Of a DNA stretch of 64,000 nucleotides, positions 25,157-39,002 are shown piece after piece (within the stretch, counting starts at the first letter, position 1; each line of letters opens with the position of its first letter). The position numbers and the translations under genes are program-made. Under the pieces are notes generated by a model. The model searched no databases, was not told the origin of the DNA, and was given only the letters and a program-made list of their open reading frames with translations. Source of the stretch: Xylographa opegraphella (Eukaryota); the NCBI GenBank assembly GCA_022813865.1, contig JALDZX010000007.1:558001-622000 (forward strand), written 5' to 3'.

Positions 25157-26839
25157 TCCAAGCTCTTAGGGGAAAGGAACAGGACTTCCTCTGGAAGATG
25201 AGCGACTAGAGCTCTGTCATCTAGAAACCTTGGGCCTCGATGAAGCTAAGCCTCAGAAGCACCTCTGGAAAGCTATTTGTGACTGAAAGCTGTTGCGTGC
25301 CGTATCCCCTCTACCACTCTCTAGCTTCTTCTGTCCCTTCTACGCGCAGACCACATCAGCGGCTCGCCTCCCAGATGTCACCGGTCGATAAGCTGGGTTG
25401 TCACCTAATGTGTGAACGAGGAGCGTAAGGTAGTCAATGATCGCCGCAGCAGATTACTCTAAACACTCTGTCGAATGCCTTTGGCTCCCTGGTATCCTGT
25501 TCAAGGTATGAATGCGAAGATCCTGATTGCTTTATTCCAGTAATAGGTACCAGCAGTTTTCAAACCTGAGCTATTGTGAGTACCGTAGAAGTCCGGCGAT
25601 TCTAGGGTTGGTCCTGATGAGGTGGTGATTGCTTTGTTTCTGGGCTGTGGACGAAGTGTCTAGGAGCGCAAAGTATTGCTTAGGACGAATTGTCGATAGT
25701 ACAGACCATTAGTGCTGGCTTGTAAATCCGTGTAGGACCTAGTAAAGTACGAAAGCGGGAGAAAGCTTCTTAGGTAGCTCTCTTCTCAAGGGTGGTTACA
25801 GAGGAGGAGAGCAGGTAGGTAGTACTCCATACCTAGGCAGGAATAAGCTGAAGTCATTGTTAAAACGCCAAGAAAACACAAAACCACCCCAACCTCAATG
25901 ATTTCACGTTTACATGAGCTACTGCCTGCTTCCTATGTGTCCTTTTCACGTGCAGTCTTTAAAGTCTTCCCACCTTTGAGATCCTTTCCTAGAGATTCCT
26001 TCCTGACTCAATGTTCCAGGTGCACTTGACCATTTGGCAAGGGCTGGTGCAGGTCTGAGAAGCTTCTTCAGAACGGACCTTGTCTCAGCACATTGGGACA
26101 TACCAATTTGGGTATGCCTAGAGGATCGGTCTTATGGTCTCGCACTTAACAGAGGCTTTTATCAAACAATTGCACTGGCACATACGGGCATGACCCTTTC
26201 AAATACGTATACTTTCGAAACAATGCCTCATATCTGTGAACAGCCGTCTACATTTCCGGTGTCGTACTACAACTATGTGCGAGAACATTGTCTTAGAGCA
26301 TCCGAACGCCGGTGGTCCATGGAACTTGTTAAAGCCTCAACTCAAATGTGGGGCAATCTTGCTACGGCCCATTGACTATAAAAGCACGCTGAATGCATCT
26401 CTTGTATACCGACTCCGGTATAAATTGAAAGTCTACTCGATTATTTACTCTCTGTCGGCAGAAGGGTATTTTATATCGGAAAATTACTTGAATATACCCC
26501 GAACATGGTTAAATTTATGAATCGTCATGTAATAACTTGCGCTGGGTCGCTGTCGCTTTGTGTATATTCGCAACGGATATTGACGATAGCGATAGCAACA
26601 GCAATAGGGACAGCGAGGCGGCGAGTTTATTGCCAAATAATTGATTAGGCTAGATACATTTGGGTAAGAAGGGGTTGATTTAAGTAATTTGGCCATATTT
26701 GAAGTATATTTACTCCGTATGTAATTTTTCGTAGTCTTTCTGCTGTGCGGTCGTTACCCCGCGTTTGCACCTCCGCTATGAGCGTTATAAAGGTTCGCCG
26801 AAGCTCAGAATTGACTTTATCCATTTGGCAACCACAGCT

Positions 26840-28195
26840 ATGACAATCAGAGTGTCTTCGAGCCGGGGAGAAGCCATAAATCGAACGGCGGCACAGAGTG
26901 ACACGGATGAGCGACTCTCAGCACACGAGACTGAAAATGAGCAAACCACGCGAAATTTGTCATCTATTGTCAATCGATTTAGACCGGATCTGAGCCATTT
27001 CGAACAGGTTTATAAAGATCTCCACCAGTATCCCGAGCTCTCAGGTCAAGAAGCTCGGACTGCTTCCATAGCAGAAAGCCATCTCCGGAGACTCAATTTC
27101 ACCACTCACGGGAACATTGGTGGCGGAGTAGTCGGAGTACTTGAAAATGGGCCAGGCCTGACAATTCTGCTTCGAGCAGATATGGACGCTTTACCTATCG
27201 CAGAGAAAACTGGTCTAACATACGCGAGTCATCATCATATGAAGGGTGCGGACGGCATAGAACGACCAGTCATGCACGCCTGTGGACATGACACTCATAT
27301 CACATCTTTGATGGCGGCTGCATCTCTTCTGATCTCAGCTAGAAAGGAATGGAAAGGTACTCTTGTTTGTCTGTTCCAGCCGAACGAAGAACATGGGGGT
27401 GGTGCACAAGCTATGGTAGACGATGGGTTATATGACAAGATTCCTCGACCGGATGTACTCTTGGCTCAACACGTATGTCCATTGAGAAGTGGCGTTGTTG
27501 CTATACGAAGCGGTCCGATACTCAGCGCAGCCTCAACTCTTAAGGTCCGCATTTGGGGCCAAGGAGGCCATGGCAGCGAGCCACAGAATTGTATTGACCC
27601 CATCGTGATCGCTGGGTACATACTTGTACGGCTGCAATCTGTTGTAAGTAGGGTCATGGACCCCAAGGAGATCGCTGTGGTCACTTGTGGTAGTATACAC
27701 GGTGGGGACGCGGGAAATGTGATTCCTGACTTTGTGGATATGATGATCAACATTCGGACGTACAGCCAGGATTCTCACTCAAAAGCGCTTGAAGCTGTCG
27801 AAGGGATCGTGAAAGCAGAATGCGAGGCCTCTAAGGTGTCTAGAAAGCCTTCCATCGAAGTGACAGATCGATTCCCATTAACAAGCAATGATGCAGGGCT
27901 TGTAGAGGCACTAACGAAAACATTCAAGGGGCATTTCGAAGACAATTTCTGGGAGATGAGTCGAAGCACCGCGAGTGAAGATTTCTCCGTCTTAGCAACC
28001 GCTGTGGCTGCTCCCTATGCATTCTGGACCTTTGGAGGAACAGAACCGACACGGTGGGATGATGCATATAAGAAAAACAAACTGTCTGACCTTCCGAGCA
28101 ATCACTCCTCTCTGTTCGCGCCAATCATAGAGCCCACTCTTAAGACTGGTATAGACGCGTGTGCACTCGCGGCATTGACCTTTTTGGCAATCTAG
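26840..28195 (+). CDS. M20D amidohydrolase (hippurate hydrolase-like)
   Basis: Intronless. LHQYPELSGQE, LRADMDALP, MHACGHDTH, FQPNEEHGGGA, GGHGSEP, ASEDFS, NHSSLF. Confidence 0.93.
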   Translation: MTIRVSSSRGEAINRTAAQSDTDERLSAHETENEQTTRNLSSIVNRFRPDLSHFEQVYKDLHQYPELSGQEARTASIAESHLRRLNFTTHGNIGGGVVGVLENGPGLTILLRADMDALPIAEKTGLTYASHHHMKGADGIERPVMHACGHDTHITSLMAAASLLISARKEWKGTLVCLFQPNEEHGGGAQAMVDDGLYDKIPRPDVLLAQHVCPLRSGVVAIRSGPILSAASTLKVRIWGQGGHGSEPQNCIDPIVIAGYILVRLQSVVSRVMDPKEIAVVTCGSIHGGDAGNVIPDFVDMMINIRTYSQDSHSKALEAVEGIVKAECEASKVSRKPSIEVTDRFPLTSNDAGLVEALTKTFKGHFEDNFWEMSRSTASEDFSVLATAVAAPYAFWTFGGTEPTRWDDAYKKNKLSDLPSNHSSLFAPIIEPTLKTGIDACALAALTFLAI

Positions 28196-28485
28196 CTCAA
28201 GCGTTCAAGTACGACACCACACAGAACATAAGATTAGATCGCCATAACTTGGGCTCGTTGCTCATACTCTAGCTAAGTGCCGGAGGGAGTATGATATGAT
28301 ACGTTCTGTATGTGTAGTATAGCTGCTCTAAGATGATGGGGGCCTAAAGTCGTTTTTGAAACGAGTCTCTGCACATAAAGCGTGGGGTACCCCCAGAGTA
28401 ATCAGTTTTTGTCTATTTCTATTTCTTTTATCGTTTCCGTTTCTATGTCCAACGAAGAGACATAGCTCTGAAATCAGCCTTTCAT

Positions 28486-29530
28486 CTATTTAGGAGCCTC
28501 CGTCCAGAGTGGGAACCTGAATGGAATGGCTTCAGGGCTGTCCTTAGGCCAATTAGTCTCGATAGTGTTCATCAATGCCTGAAACAAAACCCTGTATCCT
28601 TCCGGGTCAAAATGTAGACCTATCAGTGCAGAACATGAGCTAAAGGACGTCCTGGAGAGTTAAGAATCATTACCGTCACTGAGTAGCTCTGCCAATACCG
28701 CGTTTTTTGGCTGTCCTCTGGACCCTGGCAAGTGCCTATCGCCTTGCTTCCATCCAGCTCTTGTCATCAAAACAGACCACAAGTCTAGCACTGGTACCTT
28801 CATTGCGCAGCCAACCTCCACGCATGCATCTGCATACTTCTTGGTATGATCCGCCGTTCGGCTCACCTCCGTTGTACCGTTGAGCAAACCAGCGGCCTCG
28901 AGTCCATACTCATCCACGGGTGGCGGAGTGATGAGAATGATACTGGGTTGTTGATCTCGGACACTGCCATGTTCGACGATGTTCCTTAGGTTCTGTTTGA
29001 ACTCCTCCAACGGAACGTGCTGTTGCGAAGCGCTTCCAGGCAGGCAGGCGTCATTCGCTCCAAACCATATCACCTGTGCACATCAACCACGGCGGTCTCG
29101 CTGTGTTGATTTGGGAGATTTACCATGATTCGAACTCGAGCTTGCTCCGTGCTTGGCATGAACTGAGGAAGGACCTTGATCGCATGGGCAGTGTTATAAC
29201 CACTTGCGACGTTCAGTATGACGTATGGAAGATTTCTAATCCTTTGCGCAGTACCTGAAGCCTCGATTGATCACGTCCAGACGTCTCATGTATGCTGACA
29301 GAAGGAAAATCAATCAGTCTAGCCACACATACAATAGTAAAGAAATTTTTCTTAAACCAATAATTACAGATCGACTTGGTAGAAGGTCCTCTCTGGAACG
29401 GCTTGGGCCACATACCATTCTGCAGCGTTGGCATGAATGCAAAACCATTGTCTCCTTGGCTTGACATTTCCGTTATGGAGTCTCCGAAAAGGACAATTTG
29501 CCCGTAAGGGCCTGTCGAGTCCCCTGTCAT
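28486..29530 (-). CDS. IAH1: SGNH/GDSL esterase (isoamyl acetate-hydrolysing esterase-like)
   Basis: LFGDSITE, DVINRGFSGYNT, IWFGANDA, LLSDG|LHF; all four SGNH blocks are present. 4 introns. Confidence 0.9.
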
Positions 29531-29952
29531 GATCAATGGCTGCAGCAGGAACAAATGAGAAGTGAGAACACAAGGTGAGCTCGCTTTATGCAGGACTTAT
29601 TTTCCCACTCTTGAATCGGGCACGATTCTCGGCTAAATGGTATGATGGTTCACTTGCAACTGTCGCTGTCACTAATTCTCACCACAAGTTCTGCATGTCA
29701 TAGATTCGATCACGGAAAAGCATAATATCATCAACGCTCAGGCAGAACGCGGCGGGGCGGGCTGATCTATATGTGGTTCTCTCCTTTCTTCCCAATGCAT
29801 TTTCTTGAGGATACCCAAGAACATTGTCGATCCGTGATGCTTGGTCGCAACAACCGTCGTCGGTCTGGTCTTGCTGTCGCGAATCAAAATGGCGCGTTGC
29901 ATCGAACATGCCCCTGCACAATTACTTTGGCGGAGCGTTCTCCGCACGGAAA

Positions 29953-30021
29953 CCCCTAAAGATTCCCTAAAGATCCCCTAAAGAGCCTCTAACGATCCCC
30001 TAATTGTTTAACCTTTAGGGG
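29953..30021. repeat. Degenerate 11-mer tandem array (CCCCTAAAGAT x5) plus an inverted copy
   Basis: CCCCTAAAGAT TCCCTAAAGAT CCCCTAAAGAG CCTCTAACGAT CCCCTAATTG, then CTTTAGGGG at 30013-30021. Confidence 0.85.
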
Positions 30022-30611
30022 CTTATGCACAACTCGGCACTTTATCGAGCCAAAAACAGCTCGAGGGCGTCAAACGGCCCTCGGCGTGCGTGATATATCT
30101 TGAACCTCATGACCATCTTGTAGTCCGCGTTTCCACCTCGAGCATCTGGATGCGTGATCGAGTGCTGTCTCTCACAGAGCCCGCCATGCAATCCTGTTAC
30201 TTAGGCCTGCAGGATCGCTCTTTCAAGCCACTTGCCTATCTAACACCCTTCCGGCGTGCTGTCCTCTTCTGAAACATGCACCGCCTCCATAATCACTTTC
30301 GCCAACAGCACGCCTTGCCTTTGCCGACTGATTGAAGAAGCTGAAGCGCTTCTGCGGCACTGACGGATTCTTTGCTGACCTTTGGCCATCATTTTGGCAG
30401 TTGCATAGTGTGGCGCGGTGACAATCTGCAGAGCGATGCGGCTGGCTCCATTGTGGGTTGCGCCTGCCCTTTGCCCATCGACCCTCGGTCCAAGTCCCGT
30501 TCATGTATGAATGTGTTACTTCTGTCTTTTCTCTCTGCCTCATTTCCTATGAGGAGCTTCTTCTCTCATCGTTACTCTCCTGAAAATTGTCTGGAATTCC
30601 ACTAATCTAAA

Positions 30612-33593
30612 ATGCGCAAAGGAAACCACTTGCCACGCTTGACCTTCGCGCCCATCTCTCCGGAGATGTCTCGATCAACGACTTCGCAGCGTGCGTCCAT
30701 AATACTTGACGAGCAAGATGAAGACGACAACATGGATTCCCCTCCCGCCTTATCCACCGGACACACCTCGCCCACTGCAGTTCGGCGCCTGCACTCAGCC
30801 AGGACATCTGATCTGGATCTCAGAAGTCGACTTCCTTCGCGCTTGCTGATAGACGAACAGTCGAGCTTATTGGGTCATCAAGACGGCGCTTCGCGCAACT
30901 ATAGTTATACCGCTCCCAACACTTCCATGCCACGGTTCTCTCGGCGGCAGAGCGCAGCAGGAAGTTTACGACAGCCCAAGAATCACAGCCGTTCGAGCTC
31001 GTGGGGCGTGCGCTTGGCGGCTGCAGTGGGCTCCAGTTGGAAACGGAATGATGGCGGCCTTTCTGAATCCAAGACGTCCCTCTTTACCGACGAGAGAGTG
31101 TGGTACGATCAATTTACATCAACCGACTGGGTTCACGATAGTATAGCAGATAATTTCCGCGTACGCGATCTCAGGTCACGCAAAGATCTGCGTGGTCGAA
31201 TCTACGCCTGGTTTGACGGGGCGCAGGGCTGGATTTTGGTTGCCATCATTGGCTGCATTACGGCTTGTGTTGCTTATTTTGTGGACGTGACCGAGACGGC
31301 CATATTCGATGTGAAAGAAGGCTATTGTAAAGATGGATGGTATTTCAACAAGGGGAAGTGCTGTTTTGATGAAGAAAGCTGCCCATCGTGGAGAACGTGG
31401 GGCGATGCCATGCACTTCACTGGTGTTGGCAAGGAAACGGTAGACCTGCTGGCATACGTTATCATGGCTGTTCTCTTTGCTGCAGCGTCGTGTATGCTCA
31501 CTTTGACGACGAAGACCGTGATCCCGTCATCCTTTTCTTTGTCCACGTTGGACGAGAATCTTGGAGCAGATAGCCAAAGGCTGAAAGGAGAAGGGGATGC
31601 GAATGGGCGTGGACCGGGTGCGAGCTCAGATCGTTCGCCACCGAATCCCCAGAAACCATCTACGATGATCTATTACCCAGCTGCTGGGAGTGGAGTCGCC
31701 GAGGTCAAAGTCATTCTGAGTGGTTTTGTGGTACATGGATACTTAGGAGTGCAAACCCTCGTGATCAAAACCCTCGGCTTGATCCTGAGTGTGGCATCAG
31801 GTCTCAGTCTTGGCAAGGAAGGGCCGTTCGTGCATATAGCGACCTGTATTGGCAATATCGCGTGCCGGATGTTCTCCAAGTACAACCACAATGATGCCAA
31901 ACGTAGGGAAGTCCTTAGTGCAAGTGCTGCAAGCGGAGTGGCTGTTGCGTTTGGTGCTCCTATTGCCGGTGTTCTCTTCAGCTTGGAGGAGGTCAGGTAG
32001 GTTGAATTCATGAGTCCATACTGCAAGACGCTAATCAACCCATGAAGCTACTACTTCCCGCCAAAAACGCTTTTCAGAACATTCTTCTGCTGTATCGTGA
32101 GTGCTAGCATCCCAGGTACTATACTAAAAGGCCGTACTGAAACAACACCTAGGCAGCTGCACTATCGTTGAAGTTTCTGAACCCATATGGTACTGGTAAG
32201 ATTGTCATTTTCGAGGTTCGATATGTAACGGATTGGAGATTCTTTGAAATCATAATATTCGTGCTTCTTGGCGTTCTCGGCGGAGCACTTGGTGCTCTCT
32301 TTATCAAAGCTTCCAGATTTTGGGCCCACACGTTTCGACGGATCGCTGTCATCAAGAAATGGCCTATGCTGGAGGTTGTGCTTGTCGCGACAATTACTGG
32401 CCTCTTGAGCTTCTGGAATCGTTACACTAAACTGGCGGTCACTGAGCTTCTTTTTGAGCTGGCAAGCCCCTGCGGCCAAGATGACGCTTCAGGTCTATGT
32501 CCTCGGAGTTCACAAGAGATACTTGATGTTTTGTGGTACCTCACTACCGCATTCGCCATCAAGAGCATCTTAACAACCATCACTTTTGGTATCAAGGTTC
32601 CGGCAGGCATTTACGTTCCGTCAATGGTAGTTGGTGGCCTACTTGGTCGCCTCATGGGCCATTCGATTCAATATATAGTCCTCACGTACCCCAATGTAGC
32701 ATTATTCGTCGACTGCCCTGCGCAAGGAGAGCCGGAATCTTGCGTCACACCCGGGGTGTATGCTCTGGTGGCTGCAGGTGCTACTATGTGCGGTGTCACT
32801 CGGTTGTCTGTCACGCTCGCCGTCATATTGTTCGAGCTTACTGGGAGTCTCGATCATGTATTACCATTTTCATTATCGGTTCTCGTGGCGAAGTGGACCG
32901 CTGATGCATTAGAGCCGTTGAGCATCTATGTATGTGACGCCCTCTCGAATGATGTATACCAGACTAATATTGGCTTCAGGATTTATTGACAGAAATGAAT
33001 TCATACCCTTTCTTAGACAACAAGATAAGACCGATCTTTACAAGCGAACTTGGAGATATCACCCCGCGGGTACGAAGTGAACGCATTATCGATATCTCGT
33101 CCGCGCCTTTGGTACCCGCCACCAAACTCCGTCGTAAACTACAATACTTGCACGACGCTGGAGAGATCGATGGCGGGTTACCGATTTTGCGACACGGCGT
33201 TCTTGTTGGATTAATACCAGCCCCGGATCTCGAATTCGCCTTGGACAAGCTCGAAGATGAAACTGACATACTCTGTCTCATGGCTACGGTTCCCACATTC
33301 CATAATACCGAGGAGGACGAACAAGATTTCGATCCCACGGATTTTACATCGTATATAGATCCGGTGAGTAGAATCATAATGAGAAGAATGTCATGAGTGG
33401 CGTCACTAACGAGCTTTTGCAGGCTCCTGTGGCTTTGGACATCCATTCGCCCATGGACCTGGTTTACCAGTGTTTTGTCAAGCTGGGGTTGCGCTACATC
33501 TGCGTCCTACGGGACGGCCAGTATGCGGGACTCGTCCACAAGAAGACTTTCGTCAAGTACATCCGACAGCTCGAGGAGAAGAAGGAGCATTAA
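30612..33593 (+). CDS. CLC-family chloride/proton exchanger with CBS domains
   Basis: YDQFTSTDWVHD, GSGVAE, GKEGP, AFGAPIAGVLFSLEE, GIKVPAGIYVPSM, FELTG and a C-terminal CBS pair. 4 introns; start codon uncertain (30612 or a downstream ATG). Confidence 0.93.
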
Positions 33594-33858
33594 TAGCAGT
33601 TTCGGGAATGGCATTCTGATCGTCCGTATCGTTTCGGCAGCTGTCATTTGCGGCATAGCGAGGTTCGTTATTGGCATTGATTTTGGGTCGGACGAGCGGT
33701 ATATTGTTATCGAGCACTTTGGAGCATGGGGAGGCATGGCCGACGGGCAGCGACGGGCACACACGCATATGGAATTTTTCGTTACTCTGTAGAATAGGCA
33801 ACGGTACTCCGAATTGGAAAGAATTCATCGTCACAAGTAGACCAATGAGCATGGGTAT

Positions 33859-34942
33859 TCATCGTTCATTCTCGGCGCTGAGCTCGGCCAGCATGCCTCC
33901 TACATCCATCTTCCGAGCGTTATCTTCCAGCGCCTTGGAGATAACAGCCCCGACGCCTCCGACCTTCGCCACGGCCATCTCCACCGCTCCCAGCAGCATG
34001 AGAGCGTCCGTCGGTACCCCGCCCAGCTTGGCGATCTGGCACACCTCCCCGTGCTTATTGGCTGTGACCACCATCTCCCCCTCGCTGATCTGCTGCTCCT
34101 GCAGCGTCGCATCGACGAGTATGACCTCCCCGCCGTGGAAGAACGACATCGTCACGCAGAGCGGATGGTGCAGCATCGCCAATGGCACCGGCACCCGCTC
34201 CGCCAGCGTGTACACCGTCACCTCGCCGCCCTCGACGCCGACATCCGGTCTGCGGAAGTGCCGCAGCGCCGCTATCACGGCCGCGCAGCTCGCGTCCACC
34301 AGGCCACCGTCGTGGTCCAGCACGTGCACGTCCGCCCGCACGTTCCAGCACCGCTGCCCCGCCACGATGCACAGCGCCTCCGTGTCCAGCGCGTTCGATC
34401 GCCGGATCGCCTTCTCAAGCAGCCGCGACAGCAGCGTTTCCTGCTCTGTTTGTCTGGTGTTTAGTGCGTGTTAGGGATGGGGACGGAATGCGTCAGGGTG
34501 CGGATTTTGGGCGGGGGAGGGGGGCACGCGGGTTGGAAGGAAAAGCTGAAGTGGGGAGGGGGAGGCGGGCGACGCACCTGCCGACTTCGAAGGCGGGAGA
34601 TGCCATCGGTGATAGCTCGGTGGTGATAGTGAAAATACCGTCAAATTTGCGGTCGGGGAAAGGCGCGGCCACTTCGGCGGAGACGCGGGCCAGGACTCTG
34701 TGCAGGCATGGGTCAGTATTTCGTGTACCTGAAGAAGTTCTGGGGGAAGTTTTGGAGGAAGGATTTGTGGGATGTTACCTGGTCTTGCCTAGTCGCACGT
34801 CGGCGACGCCGTATTCCTCGCCGAACGTGACGCTGATGTCGCGGAAGGCATCGAAGGCGCGGCCGTCGACGCGGACGTTCTCCCGTAGTGCCTTGAGGAC
34901 GAAGGCTCGCTCGTTGAGCGAGGGTTCTGCTTCTCGAGGCAT
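33859..34942 (-). CDS. RRP45: Exosome complex component Rrp45
   Basis: MPREAEPSLNERAFVLKALRENVRVDGR, RRSNALDTEALCIVAGQRCW, HDGGLVDASC, ending AELSAENER*. 2 introns. Confidence 0.92.
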
Positions 34943-35394
34943 TGTAGAATTTGGTCAGAGGTTCATTGTGACGGTCAGGTCAACATGTTTGCCTGCCCTA
35001 GTGAAAAGGGAAAATGTTTTGAATATCAGATATGCGTAAGGCTGGTTAGCAGACTAAAACGATAACGGCGTAGCTCGAAAATAAGTTACCGTAGGGCGAC
35101 TAGCAAGTCTTGGCATCGGTATTGCTCAGGCTCTCAGGGTCCTTATAAAACCTCGACGCTGAACCTCATTATACGGAGTAGGCATCTACCTTAGCAACTA
35201 TACGTAGCCTTTCTAAATACACACTATCAAAGAATATGCCCACGGAAACAACCAGACTGCGAAGTTGGGCGGTGAGAATGAGAGTTGCAGTTTTCCCCCT
35301 AAAGTCCCGATTCCGTCGCCTACAAAGCAATTAAAGCAAGTAAGATCACCTTCCAAGCGATGCGTGCCGCAAAGTCGCAATCGACCAGGCGCTA

Positions 35395-37016
35395 CTACTC
35401 GCTACTTCGAAGATTATCGTAGACGGCCTTCTCAAAACATTGGAACATCTTCCGCGAGACGCCACCATCCCTCGCCCCGAGTGTTTGGCTTCCGTAGAAG
35501 CCGCAGACGCCAGCGCTACGATCGAGCCACTGTAATGCGTTGCATATCAGTTGAACTATCTTGCGTGTGTAAAGGTGATGGGTTTACCCAGTAACAACAC
35601 GTGGCTGTGCGTGAAGCTCAAGGTCAGCAAGCAACGATGTTCGCATCAAACATGGAGTACGCGAGCTCACCGCCAGCCCAAGAAACAGACCCAGAATGCC
35701 GGCCCGTCTCTTCGATAGGGTCCACGTTCACACAGCCAGCCAGGCAGTGATCGGCCCTAATGCCGGCTCCGAGTTCATACTCAAGATCTTCTTTCACCTC
35801 TTTCACATCGAAAATTCTACGATCGGGAACCCGGGCCCCAAGTATGAGATCTATAGTCTCAGGATTGAGCACTTTTCCATCGTTGTGCAGCAGACTGGTC
35901 AGTAACTTCATGTAATCTTCCGCACTGGACACGAGTCCTGAGCCTCCCATGTCCGGCGGCCCGTCACCGAAGAAAACCGGCGTAGGCATCAGATTGCCGG
36001 ACACCGTGCGCATGAACAACTGTGGGATGTGTTCAAAGATTTCAGGGTGCTTTGACGCGCGAAAGGTGGAATTGGACATCCCCAGGGGCTGGAAGATGTA
36101 CTTTTGACAACAATCTTCGAGAGAGACTTTCGCAACACGTTCGATCTACATACTAATCTGTCAGCGTTGGAAGATTCCCGATGAGAGATTCATCTGGCTT
36201 GCATACGTACCACTGGTCCGACCCATTCGAAGCCTGGGCCGTAGGCCCACCCTTTGCCTGGTTGAAAGACAAGTGGTTCGACAGGCTTATCATTGTCAGC
36301 TCATGGCTCTGTATTCGTAGTATCCGAGAGCAGTAGCTTAGTGTGGGGATCACACTTACAAAGCTCTTCATTTCCTCGCGCAACTGAGGCAGTAATGCTT
36401 CACGGGTCGCATCGTCACCACCAAAGTAGCGCATTACGAATGTTACCTTCTCAGGATCTCCTTTTGCCGTATAATACCGCGCAAGCTTTTCGTTATCGAG
36501 CGAGGCCATCCCTAATGTATGTGTGAGAAGCTGTCTGTTAATGTAGTCGATTAATTTAGCTCGTTGAATGATATCTGACTAATTCGAACTAGATATTCGT
36601 ATACCTAAAAGTCATCGTCTCATACACTGGCTCCAGCTCCACCTTTTCATCAGCATCATAACCCTTGATAACCTGCAATTTCTTGAATTCGGGGAGGATT
36701 TTAGTCAAGTCGTCATCGAGCGCTACGAGACCATCTTGAACACAACGTAGGGCTGCTACGCATGTAATGAGCTTTGAGGCTGAGGCAAGATATAGCGGCG
36801 TATTTGCAGTCATGGGCGCCGAGCCCGCTTTGATATCCGTATGACCGAATGAATTGAGGTAGTTCACCTCGCCTTTCACGTGTAAGCATTATGCAAATAG
36901 ATTCAGTGAGGAAACCTACCATTCAAGCTTGTAGCGGCGAGGACTATTCCCGGCAAGGGGTTTTTGTCTCGTAAGACCGCTTCCAGCACATTCTCTTCAA
37001 GTAGCGAGAAATCCAT
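35395..37016 (-). CDS. Beta-lactamase-family serine hydrolase / LovD-like esterase
   Basis: SxxK motif LASASKLIT, LLTHT-G, FQPGKGWAYG, GGSGLVSSAEDY, and C-terminal WLDRSAGVCG. Multiple introns including a 17-nt micro-exon. Confidence 0.85.
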
Positions 37017-37431
37017 CTTCCAGGCTTTGTTGTTGGTGCAGATGACACTGCGAAAGGAGCGGTCAAGAGAAGTTTAGAGGTTTCGCACGCACTGGTTTGA
37101 GCAGTCATACTTGTGTCTGGTGTATTGTGTACTGTGTATTTACTTCGCCACACCCCGGCTCTCCGGTCTATTCCTGAAAGATAGCCGCTAAGTGGCTAAC
37201 CCTTATCGTGGACGATTGGATTGGCGGACGGCCACGATAAGGGTTGATCAACCCCGAGCTTGCTTAGTGCCACGCTAATCTTATCAAAGCTTAGTGCCCA
37301 ATCTAGCCTTGTATCACTAGGTCCATACGAACTTAAGGACCTGCACTTGACTATTACATCTGTACTCCACGAATACCGAGTAAGCGTTTGTATTCCTCCA
37401 CTGCTCACGACCCTGCTCTTCTGATATCAAC

Positions 37432-38563
37432 ATGACTACTGGTAAGTTCCATCTTCAGATAGCACTGCGTGTCGAACTAACAGCAACACAGCCCATCGAC
37501 CCACGTTTGATCCGGTATGTACATGGATTGCCATCAAAACTGCGGAGGATGATTGTGATAGGCCCGTGGCAAAGATGCACAGAGAGGCCCAGCATACCAT
37601 CAAAGACTCCTACCGGCCCATACCCAGCTTAAAACAAGGTGCGACTGCACAACTGATCTACTACTCCAATGCTGAATTTGTGCAAGACAACCTGGCCAAG
37701 GAGGCAGCGCCGATCCTCCAGTTCGGAATCTACGAGCGCAACTACTTGAAGCGGAAGCAGCACATTACTCGAAGACCAAAGGATCTTCTGCGACAAACGG
37801 AACTGCGCCCTCATCAATAGCACCTTCTACAGCCAAACGACAAATTAAGGCTGAATCTGAAGGGATTAGTGCCGAAGAGGAAGACAACGAAGCTATGAGA
37901 CGGCGGATTTTAGAGGAGACAAGGGATATCGACGCCGACTCGGACGCCTCCAGGACTGAAAGTAGTGAGGATGAAAGGTTCGAAGGAAAAGCCATACATC
38001 TCCTCGGAATTGACTGATTCTTGGGTAGTGACGAGGAGGACGAGACAGCAGAGCTTCTACGGGAGCTGGAAAAAATAAAGAAGGAAAGAGCGGAGCAACG
38101 TGAAAAAGAAGTACGTTCATCCACCCAGGAAATTACGTCGGGTCGAATACTGAATGCTCGCGTGGTGCTAGGAACGAGAAAGGGCTGCAGAGGAGCAGGA
38201 GAAGAGGGAACATGATATCGCACTCGGCAATCCGCTGCTGAACCCTACCAAGGACTTTAGTGTGCGACGAAGGTTGGTAGCGCAGACACCATTTAGGGCA
38301 TGGCTGATGGATCCCACAGATGGGACGACGATGTCGTGTTCAAGAATCAAGCACGGGGAACGGACGATAAAAGGAAAAAAGAGTTTATCAATGTACGCTT
38401 CTTCTCGAACTTGGCCGCCTCGCGATCAGTTTCGCAAAGCTGACTCTGCCTCCAGGACCTGCTGCGTTCTGATTTCCATAAGCGCTTCATGGTGAGTACA
38501 GGTTCTGCCCACGAAAACTTGGGGCTTGACTAATCAGGGCAAAAGAGCAAATATGTCCGATAA
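37432..38563 (+). CDS. CWC15: Pre-mRNA splicing factor Cwc15/Cwf15
   Basis: MTT|AHRPTFDP|ARG..., LLRELEKIKKERAE, IALGNPLLN, RR|WDDDVVFKNQARG, DLLRSDFHKRFM|SKYVR*. Confidence 0.93.
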
Positions 38564-39002
38564 TACCCAATCGGTGGAGTGGTATAGTCGGCTATTCGGT
38601 ATCGTTAGTGGTTTACCACATAGACCAAAGCATGCTTTTCAAATCAGCTTCCCTTTTTCCGCAAAGTCCTGATTTGTGAGCCTTGTATGACTTATAACCA
38701 TGGAGTTCTTCTCCAGCTCACTTAGGGACGACAGCTCTGCAGGGACCTTCTAGACTCGATCCAAGCGCCATCGGAACCACTGTACGACGATTTACAGACC
38801 GAGCTCAGCCGACAGCAGCTGACGATGCGGGACTTGCGCCTGGTTCATTCCACGGGAGCTTCCCCAACCAGCCAATGATGGTTGGGCCTGGACATGCTCT
38901 GGCGGGATCGATGCTGTACGTATGCTTGGCGGGGTTCGATGCTTAGCGCGTGTTGGATCACAGTCGCATGTTCTGCAGCAACGCCTAACCCTGCTCTCTT
39001 GG

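Noticed and set aside
26840..28195. Horizontal transfer of the intronless M20D amidohydrolase
   Set aside because: The family is widespread in fungi and composition matches the neighbours; lack of introns alone is insufficient.
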